From the NCBI GenBank assembly GCA_002269645.1, contig NIVC01001635.1, positions 62,001 to 126,000 on the forward strand: DNA of 64,000 nt, written 5' to 3'. Within the stretch, counting starts at the first letter, position 1, and each line of letters opens with the position of its first letter. A model generated the notes under the pieces. The model did not search any database and was not told the origin of the DNA. It saw only the letters and a list, made by a program, of their open reading frames with translations. Shown piece by piece: positions 1 to 12,000 of the stretch. A program made the position numbers and the translations under genes. The stretch comes from Macrostomum lignano. Its lineage: Eukaryota.

Positions 1-8
1 CTCTTGCA

Positions 9-1333
9 GTGCTCATTGGTCTGTGTGCTCACTCCCTGCTCACTCTCTGCTCACTCCCTGCTCACTCTGCCCCTGTCTGTGTGCTCACTCCCTGCTCACA
101 CCCTGCTCACTCCCTGCTCACTCCCTGCTCACTCTGCTCCTGTCTGTGTGCTCACTCCCTGCTCACTCTCTGCTCACTCCCTGCTCACTCTGCCCCTGTC
201 TGTGTGCTCACTCCCTGCTCACACCCTGCTCACTCCCTGCTCACTCCCTGCTCACTCTGCTCCTGTCTGTGTGCTCACTCCCTGCTCACTCTCTGCTCAC
301 TCCCTGCTCACTCTGCCCTGTCTGTGTGCTCACTCCCTGCTCACACCCTGCTCACTCCCTGCTCACTCCCTGCTCACTCTGCTCCTGTCTGTGTGCTCAC
401 TCCCTGCTCACTCTCTGCTCACTCCCTGCTCACCCTGCCCTGTCTGTGTGCTCACTCCCTGCTCACTCCCTGCTCACTCTGCCCCTGTCTGTGTGCTCAC
501 TCCCTGCTCACTCCCTGCTCACTCTGCCCCTGCCTGTGTGCTCACTCCCTGCTCACTCCCTGCTCACTCTGCCCCTGCCTTTGTGCTCACTCCCTGCTCA
601 CTCCCTGCTCACTCTGCCCCTGCCTGTGTGCTCACTCCCTGCTCACTCCCTGCTCACTCTGCCCCTGTCTGTGTGCTCACTCCCTGCTCACTCCCTGCTC
701 ACTCTGCCCCTGTCTGTGTGCTCACTCCCTGCTCACTCTGCCCCTGTCTGTGTGCTCAGTCTCTGCTCACTCTGCCCCTTTCTCACTCTCCTCTACCCGT
801 GTCAGTCTCCTCTCTCATCCTGTCTCACTCTCCTCTCTCATCCTGTCTCACTCTCCTCTCTCATCCTGTCTCACTCTCCTCTCTCATCCGATCTCACCCT
901 CCTCTCTCATCCGATCTCACCCTCCTCTCTCATCCTGTCTCACTTTCCTCTCTCATCCTGTCTCACTCTCCTCTCTCATTCAATCTCACTCCCCTCTCTC
1001 ATCCTGTCTCACTCTCCTCTCTCATCCGATCTCACCCTCCTCTCTCATCCAATCTCACTCCCCTCTCTCATCCGATCTCACTCTCCTCTCTCATTCAATC
1101 TCACTCCCCTCTCTCATCCTGTCTCACTCTCCTCTCTCATCCGATCTCACCCTCCTCTCTCATCCAATCTCACTCCCCTCTCTCATCCGATCTCACCCTC
1201 CTCTCTCATCCTGTCTCACTCTCCTCTCTCATCCGGTCTCACCCTCCTCTCTCATTCAATCTCACTCCCCTCTCTCATCCGGTCTCACCCTCCTCTGTCA
1301 TCCGATCTCACCCTCCTCTCTCATCCAATCTCA
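9..1333. repeat. Composite pyrimidine-rich minisatellite (CTCACTCCCTG-based, then about 22-bp CTCTCATCCTGTCTCACTCTCC)
   Basis: Direct tandem repeats visible; ORFs over it are periodic. Confidence 0.95.
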
Positions 1334-1396
1334 CCAAAATCAAGCAATATTCGTCACGCCAGTCTAAGCCCGAAACTCGATCTCTCATTGTCGCAG

Positions 1397-1462
1397 GTCA
1401 GCCGTGGCTCAGGTCAGCGAACGGGCCCCATCGCCGCACAGATGGGAGAAGCACTAAATTAA
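1397..1462 (+). CDS. Possible terminal coding exon of an unidentified gene that starts left of the window
   Basis: Polypyrimidine tract plus CAG acceptor (TCTCTCATTGTCGCAG|) follows an intron-like minisatellite; AT-rich UTR-like sequence with AATAAA downstream. Reading frame ambiguous; no homology recognised. Confidence 0.3.
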   Translation, partial: VSRGSGQRTGPIAAQMGEALN

Positions 1463-2425
1463 ATAATGATAAAAAGAAGTTCATCGCGTCCTTTTAGTTG
1501 CGCTGGCTGTTTTTTCCTACCCAGCTTACTTTGTCTGACTGAAGAGGATTCGATCCACGCGTGTACTGTTACCCGTGTTGCACCTGCTATTATTATTTAG
1601 TACTATGCACTATTACTTATCAATATTGCTTAGTCTGTTAGTTAGCTCTTGTTTCGCTGCTTTTCTTCTGCTTTCAGTGTTCCGTCTGTTTCTGCTTCTA
1701 AGCACATCACGTGTTTTTATTGGTCTGTTTATTTTGCTGTTTTCTGTTGTTGTTGCTGCTGAACAATATAAAAAGAAGAAACTCGCAACAAAAAAGTAGT
1801 TTCACTCAATGTCTGTACAGTACAATTTTTATGTACCTTTTATGTAGAAAAGCAAGAACCACCCTCTCTAAGCCTGCCTGTTTGAAACTTATCTGTATCT
1901 TCATAAATATGAATTTTTCTGAGCATTTAAAGCCATCCAATCCACCAGCAGTTTCATAATTGTTGCCCTTTTCCATTATTAATTCGTGAAGAACCGTAAG
2001 CTACTACTGTATACTACTTACAAGCGTTATCTTGCACCCAATTGCTATTCTTCAGCCTTTCCCCTCTCGGGTTGCACAGTGCGCGCTTTGAAAAAGCAAC
2101 AATAATCGGTAATTTTCTTCGAATGGAACTCTCATGCCCGTTGTCTTTTTTACCTTGCTTATTTATTTATTAATATATTTAAATAAATTTGCCGTCAACA
2201 GTCTGCAATAGAAAGCCAGAAGCCAAAACTCGCCGCGTTTGTTTTTAAATTAAAATAAACCCAGCCTGTTGTAATTTTCTAAAAATCGTTTAAAAACTCG
2301 TTATTGTTGGTTTAAAAATAAACTGAGTTTCAATTCGAGGTTTTCACCGAGTTGTACATGCTAGTTTTATGCGATAGCAATTCATTGTTTTGCTTTAGCC
2401 TTGACTCTATTTCTTTTTCAAAGTT

Positions 2426-2817
2426 GAGGGAGGCGTCATTTTCATTTTGAGGAAGGCGTCATTTTCATTTTGAGGAAGGCGTCATTTTCATTTCGAGGAA
2501 GGCGTCATTTTCATTTTGAGGAAGGCGTCATTTTCATTTTGAGGAAGGCGTCATTTTCATTTCGAGGAAGGCGTCATTTTTATTTTGAGGAAGGCGTCAT
2601 TTTCATTTCGAGGAAGGCGTCATTTTCATTTTGAGGAAGGCGTCATTTTCATTTTGAGGAAGGCGTCATTTTCATTTCGAGGAAGGCGTCATTTTCATTT
2701 TGAGGCGGGCGCCACTTTTCTTTGGAGAGGCGCCACTTTATTTTGAGGGAGGCGCCACTTCATTTTGAGGGAGACGCCATTTTCATTTTGAGGGAGGCAC
2801 CACTTTATTTTTAGGGA
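2426..2817. repeat. 23-bp minisatellite (GAGGAAGGCGTCATTTTCATTTT), left flank of the LINE
   Basis: Tandem copies visible. Confidence 0.95.
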
Positions 2818-4313
2818 TTTGACTTACTTACATGAACATGCAGCTGCAGGGGCACCCTTCGGTGGATGCAGCGAGGAAGCGGAGGAGACCGTCCATTTCG
2901 CTGGATGTCACTCAGGAGGACCCGTCAGTCTCGCCTGCAGCGCGGTCCTCCTCACAGGCGGTGGGGAAGAAATCAGCTCGTCCCATGTCCATAAGGTACC
3001 TGGCAAGCAGCGGTATGCTCTCGGGCCGGAGAGAACCGGGTTTGGCCCGAGGTGAGTGAGCCTGGCCCTAGCTGGTGAAGACCAGTACGTGGCAGATAAA
3101 GTTTTCACTCGGCGTTTTCACTGCCTGAGCGGCAGAAGGGGCACCGCTCCTCGGGTACTTGGCCCTGAAGGAAGCGGTGGCGAGAGAAGCAGCCATGCCC
3201 GGAGAGGGCCATGCTAACTGCTCTGAGGTCTCTGCATGCGGTGGAACTTGAGGAGGGCTCTACGCAGGAGGGGGGGGGAACAGGGGACGGCAGCACGGGA
3301 TTGCCTACAATTCCGAGTGTCGTGCCACCTGCGGAGATGCTCGGAATCAGCCCAGCGCTTAACGCCGGAGTTGATCACCGAGGCGGGGATGGGGGCTCCG
3401 AGGAAACCAGCGTGGCCCGGGATCCATCGAGCTCCACCTGGTTGCCTAGCGCAAGCCCGTTGAGCTGGACATTGCAGTCCTACAGGACATATCTGGAGCT
3501 GGTGGTGCTGCGGCAGAGGGCCCGAAGGGCTGCTTGGTTGTCAGAGTGAAATATAAATTTCCGACCGCTAAGCTGCCTTCGGCGCAGCTCTGCCGCGCAG
3601 GAGCTGATGGCAAGCACCTCGCTCTGAAAAACACTGGAGTTGAGCCCAGTGTGCTATGAGTAGCTCCACACCGCTTCTCCCTAGAAGAAGACGCAAGCTC
3701 CGAAGCGTGAGAAGCCATTCCTCATTGAGAGTGTAACAGTGGACTTCAGAATCGCTCCAGCAGTTGCTCGCCTCGTGTCGAGGCTGAATGGTGACCTGAT
3801 ACCTTTGGCTCAGGAGAAGGGTGGCTGGGATCGAGTCCGTGAGGATTTTGAGCCCGTCACACTTCTCGAGAGTCTTGAGGCAGAGGTCAGAGTGCGGGAT
3901 TAGCGGCCGCTTCTTAAAGGCCCGCACTTTCTTGAAGGCCACCCCAGCATCCAGAAGACGTCGGGTGCTCTACGCCGCCTCTCCTTTGATATAAATATCC
4001 AGAGGAGGGGCACAGAGGAAGGCAGTGCGGTTCCGGATCATGAACATGATCCACCGGACAAGGTGAGGGTGCGTGGCCCTGGATTCCAGGGCTCTGCAAA
4101 AGGCCTCGAAGATAAAATTGTCGAAGGCACCCTCAATGTCCAGGAAAAGCGAGAGGGCAAAGCCGCTGTCAAGAACGGCCCTCTCCAGGAAGTCAACGAT
4201 GACACGGAGGGCACTCTCAGTGGACCTGCCCGTGCGGAAGCGGAAGGCGTACTGGTTCTGCGTTAGTGGGAAGCGCTTCAGATCGACCGAGAGTAGGCAC
4301 TAAAGCACCAGTC
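2818..4313 (-). mobile_element. Decayed, 5'-truncated and internally deleted non-LTR retrotransposon (LOA/R1-like: RT, RNase H, CCHC)
   Basis: Minus-strand translation: QYAFRFRTGRSTESAL..ALSLFLDIEGAFDN (RT); PPLDIYI; SVFQSEVLAI, FHSDNQAALRAL and WIPGHAG (RNase H); LSGHGCF..CPFC..ENAE (CCHC). Several stops and frameshifts. Flanked by a 9-bp direct repeat TTTTAGGGA (2809-2817, 4314-4322). Confidence 0.9.
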
Positions 4314-4317
4314 TTTT

Positions 4318-5155
4318 AGGGAGGCGCCGTTTTCATTTTGAAGGAGACGCCATTTTCTTTTTGAGGGAGGTGCCACTTTCATTTTGAGGGAGGTGCCACT
4401 TTCATTTTGAGGGAGGTGCCACTTTCATTTTGAGGGAGGCGCCATTTTCATTTTTAGGGAGATGCCATTTTCACATGTATTTTTAGGGAGATGCCATTTT
4501 CACATGTATTTTGGAGGAGATGCCATTTTCACATGTATTTTGGAGGAGATGCCATTTTCACATGTATTTTAGAGGAGATGCCATTTTCACATGTATTTTT
4601 AGGGAGATGCCATTTTCACATGTATTTTTAGGGAGATGCCATTTTCACATGTATTTTTAGGGAGATGCCATTTTCACATGTATTTTGGAGGAGATGCCAT
4701 TTTCACATGTATTTTGGAGGAGATGCCATTTTCACATGTATTTTAGAGGAGATGCCATTTTCACATGTATTTTTAGGGAGATGCCATTTTCACATGTATT
4801 TTTAGGGAGATGCCATTTTCACATGTATTTTTAGGGAGATGCCATTTTCGCATGTATTTTTAGGGAGATGCCATTTTCACATGTATTTTTAGGGAGATGC
4901 CATTTTCGCATGTATTTTTAGGGAGATGCCATTTTCACATGTATTTTTAGGGAGATGCCATTTTCACATGTATTTTTAGGGAGATGCCATTTTCACATGT
5001 ATTTTTAGGGAGATGCCATTTTCACATGTATTTTTAGGGAGATGCCATTTTCGCATGTATTTTTAGGGAGATGCCATTTTCGCATGTATTTTTAGGGAGA
5101 TGCCATTTTCGCATGTATTTTTAGGGAGATGCCATTTTCACATGTATTTTTAGGT
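4318..5155. repeat. Same satellite family continuing, converting to a 28-29-bp unit (TTTTTAGGGAGATGCCATTTTCACATGTA)
   Basis: Tandem copies visible. Confidence 0.95.
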
Positions 5156-5159
5156 AGGC

Positions 5160-5918
5160 CGCCACCTCATTTGAGGGAGGCGCCAGTTCAGTTTGGCTTC
5201 GCCGCAAACCCCTAACTACTCGGCTGTTGCTTTGCAAATCGCCAGTCGCTGAGAAAGTTTTTGACTTCAATTATTTTGCAGTCCGAAACTCCAAAAATAA
5301 GTCTGCTGTCACAGGCATCAGAAACTGGGCTATGAGAAGCCGCAACACAAGCTTCAGTAGCGTCAAGCAGATTCCCGAGATCAGCGGAGCAATGCGCAAG
5401 ACTTGTCTTTCCTCTCGACCGGGCAGCCGCCGGGCGGTTCGGCGAGAGAATCGGACCAGAAAAACGAAGAGATCCGGGGAGCAGGAAAGGATTTGAGAAG
5501 CTGCGCCAGACCATTCCACTGGGGATTAACTGAAAATCGGCGGAGACAGCTGCCCGATTAGCGGCAGCCAATTTTCCTCGAGGCTTAGTCGAAATCCCTT
5601 GAAGCGGGAGATCGCGTGGGCGTAGGGGGGAGGCCGCGGAGGATCTTCTGTTGTCTATGGCCGAGACTCGAACTGGCTGTAGGGAATCGCCCTCTACAGC
5701 TGATTGGTTGATGAAGAAGTTGATGTGTCTTCACTGTCGTTATAACCCGTTCCTCAGTCTCCTTTCTTCATCTGCGACTTCTTTAGCGGATCTCCGCGCG
5801 TCAAAAATAAGAAGATAAAGCTACGCGGTTTTGAAAATAATCCAACCCCAATTCTGTTTGATTATCAATTCGGCACGCGTACACATTTTCGGCGAGATTT
5901 TTCCAAAAATCTAAAAAG
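5160..5918 (+). promoter_or_regulatory. Putative TPH promoter / non-coding first exon ending at donor AAG|GTAAGC
   Basis: CpG-rich unique sequence between an upstream satellite and the TPH start, with a strong donor consensus at 5919. No convincing ORF. Confidence 0.35.
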
Positions 5919-6041
5919 GTAAGCGAAAATGTGACTTTCAACATTGCTCAGCGGATTAGTATAGTTATTGCTATATTATATAAACAAAATTGGCTGTTCG
6001 GGAATGGTTTCGAATTTGTTCCGTTGCTAAAAATACGCGCA

Positions 6042-9000
6042 ATGTCCACAGCGAGGTGCGAGCAGCAGCAGCAGCGTAGACACCGATCTCGCGGCTCGGA
6101 GTCTGACTCTTCATCAGCTACAGGTAATCGGCTGTCTTCGGTTGGCGACGGAGACTCTGAGGCTGGCGGCTGCTGCTACTGCTGTTACAGCTACTATAGT
6201 GGACAACCGGTTTGCACCCAGTGCGGAGTTGCCATGGACTCGGCCGCGGCCAAGGCTAGACGGGGCCGGTTCTCGTCTGTCAGCTCTATGATTGATGAAG
6301 ACGACATCTCTGGGATCGAGGTGAGCCACTCACCATCTCTTTTGTGTCCTTGCCACTCTCCTGTGTCCTTGTCACTCTCCTATGTGTCCTTGCCACTCTC
6401 CTATGTGTCCTTGCCACTCTCCTGTGTCCTTGTCACTCTCCTGTGTCCTTGCAACTCTCCTGTGTCCTTGTCACTCTCCTATGTGTCCTTGCCACTCTCC
6501 TGTGTCCTTGTCACTCTCCTATGTGTCCTTGCAACTCTCCTGTGTCCTTGTCACTCTCCTATGTGTCCTTGCAACTCTCCTGTGTCCTTGCCACTCTCCT
6601 ATGTATCCTTGCCACTCTCCTGTGTCCTTGTCACTCTCCTATGTGTCCTTGCCACTCTCCTATGTGTCCTTGTCACTCTCCTATGTGTCCTTGTCACTCT
6701 CCTATGTGTCCTTGCAACTCTCCTGTGTCCTTGTCACTCTCCTATGTGTCCTTGAAACTCTCCTGTGTCCTTGTCACTCTCCTATGTGTCCTTGTCACTC
6801 TCCTGTGTGTCCTTGTCACTCTCCTATGTGTCCTTGTCACTCTCCTGTGTGTCCTTGTCACTCTCCTATGTGTCCTTGTCAGTCTCCTGTGTGTCCTTGT
6901 CACTCTCCTGTGTGTGTCCTTGTCACTCTCCTATGTGTCCTAGCCACTCTCCTATGTGTCCTTGCAACTCTCCCACTCTCCTGTGTCCTTTTCACTCTCC
7001 CACTCTCCTGTGTCCTTTTCACTCTCCTATGTGTCCTTGTCACTCTCCTGTGTGTCCTTGTCACTCTCCTATGTGTCCTTGTCACTCTCCTGTGTGTCCT
7101 TGTCACTCTCCTGTGTGTGTCCTTGTCACTCTTCTATGTGTCCTAGCCACTCTCCTATGTGTCCTTGTCACTCTCCTATGTCCTTGTCACTCTCCTATGT
7201 GTCCTAGCCACTGTCCTACGTGTCCTTGCAACTCTCCCACTCTCCTGTGTCCTTGTCACTCTCCTATGTCCTTGTCACTCTCCTATGTGTCCTAGCCACT
7301 GTCCTATGTGTCCTTGCAACTCTCCCACTCTCCTGTGTCCTTGTCACTCTCCTATGTGTCATTTTCACTCTCCTGTGTGTCCTTGTCACTCTCCTATGTG
7401 TGTTTGCAACTCTCCCACTCTCCTGTGTCCTTGTCACTCTCCTATGTCCTTGTCACTCTCCTATGTGTCCTAGCCACTGTCCTACGTGTCCTTGCAACTC
7501 TCCCACTCTCCTGTGTCCTTGTCACTCTCCTATGTGTCCTTTTCACTCTCCTGTGTGTCCAAGCCACTCTCCCACTCTCCTATGTGCCCTTGTCACTCTC
7601 CTATGTGTCCTTGTCACTCTCCCACTCTCCTATGTGTCCTTGTCACTTTCCTATGTGTCCTTGTCACTCTCCTATGTGTCCTTGTCACTCTTGTGTGCCC
7701 TTGTCACTCTCTTATGTTGTCCTTGTCACTCTCATATCTGTCCTTGTCACTCTCCCACTCTTCTATGTGTCCTTGCCACTCTCCTATGTGTCCTTGCAAC
7801 TCTCCCACTCTCCTGTGTCCTTGTCACTCTCATATGTGTCCTTGTCACTCTTGTGTGCCCTTGTCACTCTCTTATATTGTCCTTGTCACTCTCGTATGTC
7901 TTTGTCATTCTCCCACTCTCCCATGTGTCCTTGTCACCCTCCCACTCTCCTTTGTGTCCCTGGCACTCTCATATGATAACTTCTTGGCACTCTATTGCGA
8001 GTTATTGTCACTCCCAATGTGTCCTTGCCACTCTCATATGTTGTCCTTGTCCTCCTATCTGTCTTTGTCTTTCTTCTATTTGTTCTTGTCACTCTTCTTT
8101 TTAACTTTGTCACTTATTTTTTTCCCTTTTCCCTCTCTACCCTTGTCACTCTTCTATCTGCCATTGTCACTCTCGTGCCCCTACAAAAGTCGAGCTCTTC
8201 ACCGCCCCCCCCCCAGCAGAACAAGCTGAAAGACCTCGGCTCGGTGAAGGAGACGGCGGAGGCAGCCAAGAAGACTGTTTCCTTCATATTCGGTGTTGGC
8301 GACAGGATCAGCGGCCTGGCCGGGGTGCTCAAAATTTTCGAGGTGAGAAACTGCTTTTTTTGGGATAGTTGATGAGCTGTTTCTAGAGAACCTGTGTATT
8401 TCCTTTATTTTCTTGTTGGAAGGTAAGTTCGGCGCCAATTTAGTTAAGCATGGCGCCACTTTATTTAAGCATGGCGTCACTTTAATTAAACACGTCACTT
8501 TTATTAAACATGGCGCCAATTTAGTTAAGCATGGCGCCACTCCCTTTAAACATGGTGCCACTTTAATTAAGCATGGCGCCACTTTATTTAAACATGGCGC
8601 CACTTAAATTAAACATGGCGCCACTTTATTTAAGCATGTCGCCACTTTATTTAAGCATGGCGCCACTTTATTTAAGCATGGCGCCACTCTTTAAACATGG
8701 CACCAATTTAATTAAGCATGGCGCCACTTTAATTAAGCATGGCGCCACTTTAATTACGCATGGCGCCACTTTATTTAAGCATGGCGCCACCTTATTTAAG
8801 CATGGCGCCAATTTTGTTAAGCATGGTGCCACTTTAATTAAGCATGTTGCCACTTTAATTAAGCATGTTGCCACTTTAATTAAGCATGGCGCCACCTTTA
8901 TTAAGCATGGCGCCACCTTATTTAAGCATGGCGCCAATTTTGTTAAACATGGCGCCACTTAAATTAAACATGGCGCCACTTTATTTAAGCATGGCGCCAC

Positions 9001-12000
9001 TTTATTTAAGCATGGCGCCACTTTATTTAAGCATGGCGCCAATTTTGTTAAGCATGGTGCTACTTTAATTAAGCATGGCGCCACTTTAATCAAGCATGGC
9101 GCCACCTTAATTTAGCATGGCGCCACTCTTTTATTAAGCATGGCGCCACCTTATTTAAGCATGGCTCCAATTTAGTTAAACATGGCGTGAGTGCAATTAA
9201 ACATGGCGCCACTTAATTAAGCATGGCGCCATAAATTAACCTTGGCTCAACATTATTAAACTACTTGTTTCGATACATATCGGCTCCCAACTTTAATAAA
9301 CGGCACCGCAAAGGCGAACAACATCGAAGTCGTGCACGTCGAATCGCGCGGCGGCCGGCGCGCCTCCGCTCCGTTCGAAATTTTCGTCGACGTGGACGCC
9401 GACAGGTCGAAGCTGCCGAGCCTGGTGGACGCTTTGAAGGCCGAAGTCGAGTCCGTGATGGTCCAGGAGGTCGACAAGTCGATCGATCCCGACCAAACCG
9501 AATCCGGCGCCGCCATTTCCGGTGGCGGCATCGGCGGCGGCGCCAACGACGAGGCCGTCGACGGTGGAGACGCCTTCGAGAACTCCGGACCGGCGGGCGT
9601 CGTTGACACGGAAATTCCTGGAAAATCCAATCCGGCCTCGACGAAAACATCCGCGCCAAGACAGGGGCGCATGCTGCGCAGGCAGAGTGAGGGAGGGCTC
9701 ATGGGGCTTGTGTGAATCTAATGGAGTTTGTGTGAGTTCAATGGCGCCAATTGAATTGATGTGTGAATCCAATGAATTTTTCGTGAATCCGATAGAATTT
9801 GTGGGAATTCAATGGTGGTTTGTATGAATTCAATGGTGGTTTGTGTGAATCCAATGGTGGTTTGTGTGAATCCAATGGTGGTTTGTGTGAATTCAATGGT
9901 GGTTTGTGTGAATCCAATGGTGGTTTGTGTGAATTCAATGGTGGTTTGTGTGAATCCAATGGTGGTTTGTGTGAATCCAATGGTGGTTTGTGTGAATTCA
10001 ATGGTGGTTTGTATGAATTCAATGGTGGTTTGTGTGAATTCAATGGTGGTTTGTGTGAATCCAATGGTGGTTTGTGTGAATTCAATGGTTGTTTGTATGA
10101 ATTCAATGGTTGTTTGTATGAATTCAATGGTGGTTTGTATGAATCCAATGGTGGTTTGTATGAAGTCAATGGTTGTTTGTATGAATTCAATGGTTGTTTG
10201 TATGAATTCAATGGTGGTTTGTGTGAATCCAATGGTGGTTTGTATGAAGTCAATGGTTGTTTGTATGAATTCAATGGTGGTTTGTATGAAGTCAATGGTT
10301 GTTTGTATGAATTCAATGGTGGTTTGTATGAAGTCAATGGTTGTTTGTATGAATTCAATGGTGGTTTGTATGAAGTCAATGGTTGTTTGTATGAATTCAA
10401 TGGTGGTTTGTATGAAGTCAATGGTTGTTTGTATGAATCCAATGGTGGTTTGTATGAAGTCAATGGTTGTTTGTATGAATTCAATGGTTGTTTGTATGAA
10501 TTCAATGGTGGTTTGTGTGAATCCAATGGTGGTTTGTATGAAGTCAATGGTTGTTTGTATGAATTCAATGGTGGTTTGTATGAAGTCAATGGTTGTTTGT
10601 ATGAATTCAATGGTGGTTTGTATGAAGTCAATGGTTGTTTGTATGAATTCAATGGTGGTTTGTATGAAGTCAATGGTTGTTTGTATGAATTCAATGGTGG
10701 TTTGTATGAAGTCAATGGTTGTTTGTATGAATTCAATGGTGGTTTGTATGAATTCAATGGTGGTTTGTGTGAATCCAATGGAGTTTGTGGGGATTCAATG
10801 GTTGTTTGTGTGAATCGAATACGATTTTAAAGAAAGTGTCAACAAAATTGATTCGATTTAATGCATATTAAACTGTCCCGCAATAAGTTTTATTTACCCA
10901 TTTCAATGATCAGTGACCATGGAGCGTCTGCCGTGGTTTCCCAGACGCATTCAAGATCTGGACAAGGTGTCGCGACGAGTCATCATGTATGGGTCAGAGC
11001 TGGACGCCGATCACCCGGTATGAGCATCGCCCACCTCTGAATTTAATTATAATCTCTCTACCAAAAATGTAGCAAGAATTGTCCTCTTTGAAAGATCAGC
11101 TGAGACCCCTTTAAATTCCGCTGCAATCTACCACCACAATCGATAAAATCGAACTGAGACCCTAATTCTTAAATTCAATCACAGAGCCCAGTCAATACCC
11201 ACCGAAATCAAGTCATGCCCCCTCACCTCGAAAAATCCAGCCGAGACCCACCACCCCAAAAAATCTAGCCGAGACCCACCACCCCAAAAAATCTAGCCGA
11301 GACCCACCACCCCAAAAAAAAAAAAAAAAAAAATCTAGCCGAGACCCACCACCCCAAAAAATCCAGCCGAGACCCACCACCCCAAAAAATCCAGCCGAGA
11401 CCCAGCACCCCAAAAAATCTAGCCGAGACCCACCACCCCAAAAAATCTAGCCGAGACCCACCACCCCAAAAAATCTAGCCGAGACCCACCACCCCAAAAA
11501 ATCTAGCCGAGACCCACCACCCCAAAAAATCTAGCCGAGACCCACCACCCCAAAAAATCTAGCCGAGACCCACCACCCCAAAAAATCTAGCCGAGACCCA
11601 CCACCCCAAAAAATCTAGCCGAGACCCACCACCCCTAAAATCAAGCCGAGACCTTCTACCGCTGAAATCTAATTGTGATCCCCATTAATTAAAAAACTCA
11701 GCCAAGACTCACTACGCATAAAATCAAACCGTTGCGCATCGCCCCTTATATTTAAACCAAGACACGAACACACACAAAATTGAAGCGGAGAGCCGTCAAC
11801 CCACACTTATTATATTACATGAACTCAGGGCTTCAAAGATGTCGAATACCGCAAGCGCAGGATGTGGTTCGCCGATCTAGCCTACAATTATCGCCAAGGC
11901 GAGCCAATTCCCCGAATCGAGTACACAGCTGAGGAGACTCGTACTTGGGCGGCCGTGTACAAAGAGCTGAGCAGTCTGTATCAGAAGCACGCTTGTAGGG

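Noticed and set aside
4-1497. Long ORFs over repeats (also 5931-8229, 9738-10830, 19199-20263, 23615-24639, 33859-35742, 37402-38238, 40674-41939, 43105-43930, 47971-49067, 57614-59321)
   Set aside because: They are periodic translations of stop-free micro- and minisatellites, open in several frames at once, and mostly inside introns defined by GT-AG sites.
5212-5571. 119-aa minus-strand ORF and overlapping ORFs upstream of TPH
   Set aside because: No recognisable homology, no splice partner, and competing ORFs on both strands; more likely promoter or UTR.
6085-6120. Hammerhead-like CTGATGA plus small stem on the minus strand (also CTGAAGAG near 1540)
   Set aside because: The required GAAA and stems I/III are missing.
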